64,000 bases of DNA from Orbicella franksi (taxonomy: Eukaryota), in NCBI GenBank assembly GCA_964199315.1, contig OZ116703.1, forward strand, positions 3,844,001-3,908,000. The letters are read 5' to 3'. Positions 38,914 through 49,238 of the stretch are shown here, in pieces. Positions within the stretch are counted from its first letter, which is position 1, and the number at the start of each line of letters is the position of its first letter. The translations under genes were made by a program, and so were the position numbers. The notes under the pieces were generated by a model that was not told where the DNA came from, searched no databases, and saw only the letters and a list, made by a program, of their open reading frames with translations.

Positions 38914-40486
38914 ACAAAAGGACTTCCTATTTGGGAAACAGATTTCAACTGTAACTACGAACTCGAAGATAGAAAAGAGTAATTGAAGGGTGGAATACAA
39001 AGTTTGCACTGCCCTCATTGCCCTCACACAGTACATTGCACATCACACAGTACATTGATTCCTTTCAACACAGTTTTCATTTTATTTACTTTTTTTGTTT
39101 CAATCGACTGAACAAAATGTTCACTAACGTTTCGATAATGTATTAAATTAACAATTATGTACAATTGTCGGACACTTGTAATGATGTGTCAAAATAACAA
39201 TAAATTATTACCCATCTGGGCCTGCCAAATGGTAGACATGAATCTTCAACACAAAAATATTGATGATATCAGACTGGATGTTGTCCACTGACACGGCCAA
39301 GGAGAGATGTAAAGAAAAATAATACTCTAAAAACTTCTTTTGTTCTCTCGTGATGTTAGATAATGATAAAATAAGATACATATTTGAAATAACTATTAAA
39401 AAACCGTCACCCTCCCAAGATATAAAATTCAAGTAAATCTTTCTTATTTGGGTAAATAGATTGAGTTTCCATATAAATAATATGTACCAAAAATAATATT
39501 AAAATACCGACAGATTTGATTGAGATTCATAGTCTAGTTTTCACTGTCAATATTATTTAAAATATTGTTGGTTTTCAATATCATAAATAAATAGTGATGA
39601 CTTTGAATAGATGTTAGATTCAATTGGATCTCTTGCATTTTCTAGATATGGAGTTAGTGGGTGGCAAATTCAAGAGTTTGTGTGGCATATATTCAGTGAG
39701 CTCAAGACTTTCTCAGCCTTGCAATTTGAGACAGAAAAACTCATAAAATCTGACCAAAATTCTGCAAGACACATATTTTTGGCAGGACCATTCGCCACCT
39801 CTAATAACATCAATTGCACTTGGTGCAGTACAAAGTGACATGGTCACTACTAAATAACTGTGTAATACCCCTTTGATCCACTGTCTCAATAAACCCAGAA
39901 ACCCATGATAGTTCAAAATTCAGTGGTACATCTCATTGATTCATTAAGTACCACAAATGAAGGGTTGCCTGGAACAAAGCGCCAAGGGACTTCAGATAAA
40001 TCGCTAGATTCTCCTTCCCGATTGCCTTTTATTCCCTTGTGAAACACAAGGAGAGTTTGATGTTGCATCAACAGTCACTTGGGGCCTTATTCTGAGCACT
40101 CCTTCAAATAACAAGATTATATAAAGTTCAAGAAAGTTAAAAATGTTTTAGTGAAGCAAACTAAGAAAAGCAAATTATAAACTTAGTATGCCACTTCATG
40201 TATTGGTTCAAACATATTTTTTATATATATACAAATGTTTGGTCAAAACTATGTACAAAGTGCTTTGCTTACTTTAAATTTGCAAAAAAACAACAAAACA
40301 GATTAACACATTACACATAGACCTACAAATACTATAACCAGTCTAGCCGATAACAGCAATGTTCTGTTGGACAGAACTACATACAATTATTATTTCAACA
40401 TAATACATCTACACTACAACATTTTGACGTATACCATGTTGTTTAAAACTAGTTCAAGCTTAGCCACCAAACTGTGTCCAGAAAGT

Positions 40487-43400
40487 TCATTTTTCACACA
40501 CTGCTCCCTGGTCAAACCTGTAATATGCCATTTGGCAGATGCCATACAGATGGACAAAAGCCGCCATCACAACAAGCACATGGAATATTTGATGGCTCTG
40601 GAACTGATGGAAAAAAGAGAAACAGCCATATGTGAAAATTAGAAGTTACATAATTATTTTCAAAGTTGTGAGGGGTATGCTGACTTGATTGAAACAACCG
40701 TATTTGAGCTTGGCCAGTATCTTACTCTTGTGCTGGCCAAGGGAGGCGCAGTGGCCTCATGATTAGTGTGCTGGTCTCTGAATCGAGCTATGCGAGTTCA
40801 AGCACTGGTGGGGACATTGTGTTGTGTTCTTGGGCTAGACACTTAACTCTCACAGTGCCTCTCTCCACCCAGTTGTATAAATGGATACAGGGTTCAATTA
40901 AATGACGGGGGTAACCCTGCGATGGGCTAGCATCCCATCCAGGTGCAGTAGAAATACTCCTAGTTGTTTCATGCTACCAAAACCAGGATTAACTCCAGCC
41001 TGATGGGCCACTTGTAGAGAACTCTTATAGGACGTCACAAAGCAAATGAAGGAGACATACTCACCCAAATATCACACTTCCCGGGAAAGAACCTCTCGGG
41101 AATCCTGGTCGCATACATGATGGCGCCAAGAATGTACAAGAGACCCATGAGGGCCATCCATCCTACTGAGGCCTGACGATGAGCCAGGGTCACTCCATGT
41201 GCTACCATGAAGTGAATAGCAGGCACAATACCAGAACATCCAAATGTAAGGAAAAGACCTAACGAAAAACAAACAACAAACCTTAGTGACTCAGTTTACA
41301 CTTAGAGATTGCCCTGGCATTGCCAGACCTTATCATTAACACCACCTTTTACAACTTACAAGTAACACAGCTATAGTAAAAGTAAAACAATAGGTAAAAA
41401 AGTACGAAATAATGACTCAGTAGCTTTTGATAACATGGACATGCACTAGGGTTCTATCCATAGACTCAAAAGTTTGAACCATCTTATTTGTACATCACAA
41501 TATAGTACTGCTCAGTTAATTATTACCTTTATTTAAATAGTCATAATGAATACCATATAGAAGTGCTGCTCAGTAACCTTCATTTGAATGGTCAGATACT
41601 AGGGTTTAATTTAGCAAACTTAAAAGTTAGAGCCACCTTGTACAGCATAATAAACAATACCACATAAAACATATTGCTCAACTGGCTTTCATTTGAATGG
41701 CTCTACACCAGGGTCTCAATAATGCACACTAATATAATTCCTACTAAAAGCACTCACCTGCTCGCAGTACTCGGTACTTGGGTGTGTTGAACTTACTCCA
41801 CAACGAAACAATTATGCACAAGATGCCTAGAGTACAGATTATCGACATGTACACAATCTTTAGCACTCTTGAACAGTAGAATCCATAGTAAAGAGGAGGA
41901 ATGAATGAGCCCATGATCAACAGTGCTATGCCTGAGTAGTCAAGCCTGCAATAAGCAAAATTGCACAAAACTGTCAGTTTCTTTTTTACAATAACTGCAG
42001 AAATTCCTGTGTGCTTATTGGGTAATTTTCATTGTCAATACGCTGACAGACACATGAATTTAAAATTATGCAATGTTGCTATTCTTGTAAAACGCAAATT
42101 GACATTAGTTATTCATGCACCTGTCCTGTTATTGACAATGAATTTCGTCATAGCATTGTCAAAGTACTTTGCAGATCCACAGCTACTTTGACAATGTTAA
42201 GACAAAATTTTTGAAGAACTGACATCAATTTGTTAATTAGATCCAAATGTTGCTCTGACACACTGCATTTCAAGCCACATCTAACAATAGTTAAACCTTC
42301 CATGTACAGCACATGTTATACTGATGAAAGTACAAGTCTTCTACGCTGTAAATGTAATCCTCACTTTTAGGAAGCTTTGCGGTTACCAGTACCTAGAGGT
42401 TATTATTTCCAGGAGCAACTGAATTTGGTAGACCTTGGTATATGGTATGTGTGGCAGTAAGGTGGCCTAATGGTTAATCTGCTGGACTTTAGATTGAGCA
42501 GTCCAGGTTTGAACCCTAATTGGGTCACTGTTGAGTTACTGGGCAAGACACATTTTTTTGTCACAGTGCCTCTCTCCACCTAGGTATGTAAATGTGTGCC
42601 AGCAAATTTAATACTGGGAGGTAAACCTATGATGGACTAACATTCCCTCCGAGGGGGGAGTAAAAATACTCCTATTGTTTCATGCTGCAGAAACCACTGA
42701 GGATAAGCTCCAGCTGCATGGACCACTGCCCCGACACAGACTTTATATGTACATCGACTTTCTTTTACAAAACCTATTAGCTCACCTGCTAAATACCTTG
42801 GACACCGTGACAGAATGGCAGTAGACAGTGTGGAAGATCCACGAGAACCCTAAACACAAGATTGCACCAGCGAAGAATGCTCCGAACACAAGCTTTTCTT
42901 GCCAGTCTTTGGGAAAGGGATTGGCAGTGGTGATCGGCCGCAAGAACATGTAGATTGTGACGCAAATAAAGGCAAGGAAACCGATCAAATGAGTCCAGAT
43001 ATTGCCAGTTTCAGTGTGAATTTTAAAAATGCTTTTAAAGCAGGATTTAAATGATGGCATGGGGGGTCGGTGGTGGTGTGATAAAAAGTCATTATCGCGC
43101 AGCCATTCTGGAAGCTCAAAGTGTGAGAGGAGGTACCATCCTGAACGCGCTAATTCAATTGCCCTCTTGGAAATTCTCTCTGCTTTGTCAGCGGCATCAT
43201 GCATGCTTTCTTGCACATTGTCTTTTGCCGTTTTCAATATCACTTGAACCCTTTCCGCGGCATCAGACATGTTTTCTTTGGTCGACTTTATCATCACATG
43301 CATCCTCTCTGCAGCCTCATGCATATTGTCCTGCATTTTCTCAGCTGCGTCGTGCATGTTCCCCTTGATTTTAACTGCTCTATCTTGAACATTCCCCTTT

Positions 43401-46400
43401 ACAGTTTGGAACATCACATGCAGATTCTCTTCTCCTTTGACAATGAAGACCTAGCAAAACACAACAAGAAATTAACTCTCACTAAAAGAAAATAGAGTTC
43501 CTTTAACAATATTTATTTTTTACTAGAAAGCACAAGGAGCTAAAAGAAATGTTCTTAATAAGGATACTATACAGCTCCGATTGTAGAACAAACTAATGCA
43601 TCTGAATGCGTACAGTTGTACTATCATGTGTCAATGCAAACTAGATACTGTATACATTTCACTAGCAAATTCTATCTCAAGTGCTTCGCTCAAAACTACA
43701 GATACAATAAGAAAATTAAGAACTGCTGTGGGACTTTCTAGTGTCTTTGAATTAGAAACAAATTAAAGTAAAAGAGGACAAACCAGCTATGATTACTAGC
43801 TCCATTGGAGATTCCCAGTGATGCAACTCCTCTGAAAATTAAATTTTGTTACAAGATTCACTGATCATTTAATATGTGGGTGTTCTTTTTTTTTTTTTGG
43901 CTGCTTATAATTGATATAGTGTTGGAACTACAAGTGATGCTCAAGGGATCTGCAGGTAAGGAGTACAAAGGAACCACCAGAATAGTGTGTATAAAGATGC
44001 TACCAACTGATAATTTATTAATTGATTACAATTTGCATTCTAATTAGTTTCTGTGTAATTCAACAGGTACTCGTGAAGCTTAACACTTGATGATAATTTG
44101 CTATGGTACCACAGCTAGTTAGTAAATTGAACTATTTATTTGCCACTTTGTCCAAAGCATAACTACTGCAGCGGGAATGACAAGTTTTATCAAAAGCCAA
44201 ATTATACAGTTGACCTACATAGATATGTTCACGAGTTTCACATTCTCTGAACAGTATCTTCACGCATAAATAGTAAAGGTCCTCGTAAAAAATTCAAAAG
44301 GTTTATGTTTAGGCCTGAGGATTTTTAAATAGTAAAACGGTTTTATTAATACAATATAGCTGCCCGTGAAGCAATCTTTGTGGCGGCTTCTAGGTTTCAG
44401 GAGATTCTTGATAAAGATTCCAAGGTCATCACTAGGTGATCCCCTGAAAGGTCTTTCTTTGCAAGCAATATAATTCATGCACAGATGTAGTGCAATGAAC
44501 ACAGTGCCAGCAGGTTTACTCATAAAAAAGTAGTACCTCTATGAACTCATAAATAAGTCTCCTATGAACTATCCCAAATAACAATCCTGATTACTGCCAA
44601 GTCAAAATAGTTTTCTACACTACACTTTCTACAGTGCATTGTTTTCGCAATGTGGAAGTGCAGTGGCCTCATGATTATAGTGTTCAACTCCCGATCAAGC
44701 GGTGTGAGTTTGAGCCCTGGCTACGGGACATTGCCTAGTGTTCTTGGGCAAGACACTTAACTTTCACAGTGCCTCTTCCCCCCAGGTGTACAAATGGGTA
44801 CCAGCAAATTTAATGCTGGGGGTAGCCCTGCGATGGACTATATTCCTAGTCCCTTCATGCTACAGAAACGAGGAGAAGCTCCAGCCTGATAGACCACTTG
44901 GCTCATATGCAGACTATCTTTACCCTAGTTTTAGAAAAACTTGCAGTGTGAGAATTTGTTTCCTGAGAAATTTATAATTATTGCAGATGAGAAGAAAAGA
45001 TTCACTGATCAATAGTTCTTCTTTTTTAGGCTTGTATACATTTCTTAACATAATATACAAACAATGCAAAACAGCAATTTCAAGTTCCCTTGGCAATCTC
45101 TAAGTTGCCTTCTGTAGTTTTGCCTAATTAGTTTCGTAAAGCGCGCTGGAGCACAATCATTTGAGTTTGATTTGCATAACAATAATTTCTTTTTTCACAT
45201 GAAAGATTTAGCAACAGTTTTTTTTTAAAAAGAGGGTGAGTGATGAAAGACACTGTTTTTAAAACACTGTCTTTACGCAGGTGGCATAAAAGTAAAAATT
45301 TCAGATAACAACATAGCAAGTCATCAACTTCAGTTGACCACATTCTGTGTAAAAGCTGGATTGTGTACATGTTGTCATGGCATGAAGCAATTCTGATAAC
45401 TTTTATGACAACTTTTTTGAGTAAGCTTATGTTTTGGAAGATCTCCTCTTTTCTTATGAAATTGTTGATTATGAATGCAGAAGCAATATTGAACCTTGTA
45501 TAGTTGTAAATATACATGCACCCCTGTAATTCTCAGATGGTGAGCTCCGAATATAAAATATAGAAAAGATGAGGCATTGTTGAACCTCTTAGGCACCAAT
45601 TACAGCAAGATGTTTCGTAGTCTAAAAGACAAAGAGTTGGTCGCACCGCAAGATAAAGACCAGAAATAAGGTAGGGGAGCATCTTGAACAGCCGCAAGTA
45701 ATTTGCATTGTTGCAAAGCGTGGGGACAACTTTGGTGGTTGTTTATACTTTCTGAAGTCCACAGTTATAAATATATATCCACTGTTTGTGGTTTTTATTA
45801 CAGAACGTCCAGCTTGAGTGACGAATACAATATTACAGGCAGTCTAGGCGGTCAGGTCCTCGACGCCTACTTTCCGTATACTATAGCAGGTGAATTGATG
45901 AATATTTCATAAAAAAAGAAGCTCACTGAACTGCCTCGTAGTTGTTTAAGAAAGGCCATAGTCCACTTTGAATCTGAATTTAATTTGGTAGTTTTCGCCC
46001 GAAAAGTAAAAGTTGAAATTAAACATCCAGTGAAATAAACAAGAAATTTCGTGAAACTGACAATCTGTTCATCTGCGTTCTTATCTTTTCCTTTGTTTGT
46101 GCTTTCACTTTTCATCAGTCACAAATTTCGTTTTTACAATCGCGATCGACACATAAAATAGGTCTTTTATTTAGAAAATATCTAAAGCTAAGCACATGAA
46201 GCTTACCTTGGCCTGTTCAAGACCGAGCAGAGCACACGTCACTGTCCCGTCCTCGTTCAGGTCCTCGTCTTCTTCTTCGTTAGAGTCTTCATCGGAACCC
46301 TTGCCGATCGAACCATCGTTAATTTCTTCGCTGCTTCCCTCCGATGTTTGGCTTTTGCAACTCTCATATTCGGTGGTACTTGAACTTATACTTTCAGAGT

Positions 46401-46623
46401 CGTTGCTTTCCACTGTCACGTCGGCTGATTCTAATGTCGTTTCTCCTTCCTCAGTTTGTAATTCTAATGTCCTTTCTTCTTCCCCTTTGTTCTGTACGAC
46501 ATTGCCGGTACGTTCGCCGATACATTCAGAGCTTTCAACAATTGTGCCACTGCTTTCACAAAGTTCCGTCTCACTCGCAACAATTTCACTCATGTTGGTT
46601 CTTCTTCTCCGTAGCTCTGCCAT
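40487..46623 (-). CDS. ADIPOR: Adiponectin receptor (PAQR family, ADIPOR1/2 co-orthologue), 5 coding exons, 526 aa
   Basis: Exons (minus): 46207-46623, 42786-43450, 41758-41945, 41065-41258, 40487-40603. GT-AG, in phase, 1581 nt. Motifs LPEWLRDNDFL..HRPPMPSFKSCFKSIFKIHTETGNIWTH, FSWIFHTVYCHS, RLDYSGIALLIMGSF, RIPERFFPGKCDIWFQSHQIFHVLVV. The Zn-site His/Asp/His/His residues are intact. Confidence 0.96.
40741..41014 (+). mobile_element. tRNA-derived SINE in ADIPOR intron 4 (antisense to gene)
   Basis: GGGAGGCGCAGTGGCCTCATGATTAGTG (A-box-like), GAGTTCAAGC (B-box-like), central CTTGGGCTAGACACTTAACTCTCACAGTGCC segment. Confidence 0.85.
42141..42209. repeat. Hairpin core of a foldback repeat
   Basis: AATTTCGTCATAGCATTGTCAAAGTA / TACTTTGACAATGTTAAGACAAAATT inverted arms. 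Confidence 0.55.
42453..42745 (+). mobile_element. tRNA-derived SINE in ADIPOR intron 2 (antisense to gene)
   Basis: GGTGGCCTAATGGTTAATCTGC head, GGTTTGAACCC B-box-like motif, CACAGTGCCTCTCTCCACC core. Confidence 0.8.
44654..44924 (+). mobile_element. tRNA-derived SINE in ADIPOR intron 1 (antisense to gene)
   Basis: CAGTGGCCTCATGATTATAGTG...GTGTTCTTGGGCAAGACACTTAACTTTCACAGTGCC...CCACTTGGCTCATATGCAGACT. Confidence 0.85.
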
Positions 46624-48086
46624 GTATTGTAATTCGTAAAAGATCAAGGACAATATTTATATACGTTGCTGATCACGTTACTCACGCGGTTTACGTAACA
46701 AAATTATAAATTCCCGCGCAATCGAAAGAGTGCACTACTCGACGACAAAAGACCGTGATTTCTTCACAGGCTGTAGCCGCTCTCTGACTAGCAAGCGCTT
46801 CTAAGTAGACTCCCTCAGAACTCTATCTCAACCACCGTGGCTACACTCTTTCCGTGAGAAACTGAAATACAATGAAACTTTGAAATATATTTCTCAACAA
46901 CGAGGGTCGGGTCAATGGTTGGTCATAGTGGTCTGATCAATATTGACCAATCAAATAAAATTTTAGAAAAAAATCACAATCACCTAATTTGGAGTCCCCT
47001 CCCATTATCCAATCAGATTGGCCGATAGAGTGCATACGAAAAAAGATATTTTGGGGGGCAAAGTTCGCTTTTTGGGGGGCAAAAATAAATGAATCACATG
47101 ATTTCAATCCAATTTCAACTTCGATGGAAGAATGTTTGGCAGTTTCATGTATTTTAAGCTTATTAACATTTGTTGTCTGCAATGTTTTTCAAGGGCATTT
47201 TTTTTGTGAAATAAATAAATGGATCAGACTTAGTTGAGTTAATGATACTTACTATGTCTATTGCTAGTCTTCTGTTCAGTTCCTCAATCAAACTTAACTT
47301 GGTCAGTCATGATCAATCACTTGTTTTTATAATAGTAATCAATGAATGTACAATTCTTGAAACCTCAGAAAAAATATATTAAAATACAACTGTATATCTG
47401 AGTGCAGAGGGAGCATACAAGTACTTTTTTTGTTGGTGTTCTTAATCTCACTTTCCCAGGATCTTAGACACTAAGACTTCCTTTCATCACTCATCACTGG
47501 CTACTAATGTAGTATAGCTGATTCTGCCTTCAGGCTCATCAACTATCACTTCATACAAATCTCACAAGATCATAATTGTTACTGTTCAGATTATTTTAAG
47601 AAGTCAAATTTCTCAGGACCGAATTTGATAGTAAGATTTCTGCCTACAACCCATCCTGGGGACATTGCAAGGCCATAGCCAGTAAGAGGGAAACTGAGTC
47701 ACTTGCTTCGGTCATTTTTTTCATTTTTGTGTTGTTTTTTTTTTCCATTGATTTCTTTTTTTTGGCAGGGGGGGGGGGGGGGAATAAAACACTGCTAAAT
47801 ACCCAGAGAGAGAATTTAACCATACCTCAGTCATATTTTTTTCTGGTTACAGCCCTGACTTGCGTGAGACTTGATGGTTTGATTCAGCTGGTGCCGCAAA
47901 CATATTGCATGTGGCATTTGGAAGAAAAACATCTTCAACTAAACTGGCCCTAATACTGCGTACAATGACCTCAAAACAAATGTGGAATTCTTGAGCCTGC
48001 AGGAGGTCAAATTTATTTACTAACATTTAAGCCAAAAAAGCCAAAATAAATTTATCTCAGTCTAAAAGAAAATCGTTTTAGAATAT

Positions 48087-48803
48087 TCAGTCAGCATTAA
48101 TTATGCAAAATCCTCTAGGCAAGTGAGAAGAACTATCTTCTGGTGTCATAGCATCGAAGAGCTTCTCTGTCTTCACCCAACCAATTGGATTGTTTGGCCA
48201 AACATCCAACAGCAAGAACATGTCCTCTCCAAAATGATACCCCCCTAATGGACTAAAATGTCCCAAATTAACCCATTGATAAAAAGCTGCGAAGTGATAA
48301 TTCACCACCACGTGAGATCCTGCCTTTTCCAGGTTTTCTAAGACAGTAGATCGAAATTCGTCAACTGATGAAATCACTGGACAAGTTCTTGGCGTCGATT
48401 CATGTGATTGGAACACGTGATGAAAACGTCCATACAAACCTACGCTGTTGATGAGTTTCGCGAAGGTTTCGAGCGTAATTCCCTCTTTACCGACGTCTTC
48501 TTTCCTCAGAACTGATCTAGCTTCACCTAACTGGAGAATATCATCTTCTCGTATGGTTGTCTTCGTTTCTTTTAGTTGAACAAGTTCGTCAATTTTCTCC
48601 GTCACGCGAAAGTTGTTCAAGGATAGTCGCTTGTCAAGAATTTCATTCAGACAAATAGCAGCGCTGCAGAGTCCGCAGTACTTAGAATTTACTTGCTTAC
48701 AGAAATAAGGAAGTAAATGCCCAAATCGACTTTCTTCTAGCAGTTTTTGTCCTTCAGCAGTTTCCAGAGAAACAAGAAACGGGGAAGATTTCGTGACGGC
48801 CAT
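48087..48803 (-). CDS. PCS: Phytochelatin synthase (glutathione gamma-glutamylcysteinyltransferase), catalytic domain only, uninterrupted CDS, 238 aa from the first in-frame ATG
   Basis: Papain-like triad in PCS context: KQVNSKYCGLCSAAICLN (Cys), LGHFSPLGGYH (His), LLLDVW (Asp). Also LETAEGQKLL, GITLETF, VVVNY, GWVKTEKLFDAM and D..SHLPRGF. First in-frame ATG at 48803; the ORF-track start at 48830 is not an ATG. Confidence 0.92.
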   Translation of the reverse strand: MAVTKSSPFLVSLETAEGQKLLEESRFGHLLPYFCKQVNSKYCGLCSAAICLNEILDKRLSLNNFRVTEKIDELVQLKETKTTIREDDILQLGEARSVLRKEDVGKEGITLETFAKLINSVGLYGRFHHVFQSHESTPRTCPVISSVDEFRSTVLENLEKAGSHVVVNYHFAAFYQWVNLGHFSPLGGYHFGEDMFLLLDVWPNNPIGWVKTEKLFDAMTPEDSSSHLPRGFCIINAD

Positions 48804-49238
48804 CGCACCACCGAACACGCGCCGCAACACGAAACATCTTGAGAGGGGAGAGGGGACAGAGGAGAGGGGAGAGGAGTGAAATTACCATGTTATTGATCTT
48901 TCTTTTCTTATTTAATTTGTTTCTTTTTTCATTTAGAAAAAAAATTTCTTAGAAAATAAACACAAATAAATAAAATATTATAATTTACCCCCTAAAGATA
49001 AAGAAACCTGGAGTATACATAATTTCCCACCCCCACCCTACTCAGTCTTATGTCATTTGACAACCCAGTCATGCCAGCGGAAATTTACTAGTGACAAAAA
49101 CTTTTGAATGCATTCTCGGCCCGCGAGGGACTCATTTTGTTTCACACATTTTTGGAATTCTTTGTGTCTGTTGGGCGATATAATGCCTCGAAGCCTTCGT
49201 CAAGAAGGTAGAGGAAATAATGTTTCACCCTGTTCACT
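48804..49238. promoter_or_regulatory. Probable shared divergent promoter region between PCS and the LRRC74-like gene
   Basis: ATGs at 48803 (minus) and 49239 (plus) are 435 bp apart. Contains a purine tract at 48841-48876. Confidence 0.5.

Noticed and set aside
43029-43495. Plus-strand ORFs rich in His/Cys opposite ADIPOR exon 2
   Set aside because: Antisense shadows of the repetitive coding exon.
45128-45912. Nested antisense gene in ADIPOR intron 1 (scattered plus-strand splice-like signals)
   Set aside because: Could not be assembled into an in-phase ORF and shows no homology cues.
46196-46709. Plus-strand 147-aa and 121-aa ORFs
   Set aside because: Antisense shadows of the low-complexity acidic ADIPOR exon 1.
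48087-48803. PCS as bacterial contamination in the assembly
   Set aside because: Embedded without a visible compositional break between two spliced host genes with AT-rich eukaryotic flanks, and no neighbouring prokaryotic ORFs. Long reads would settle it.
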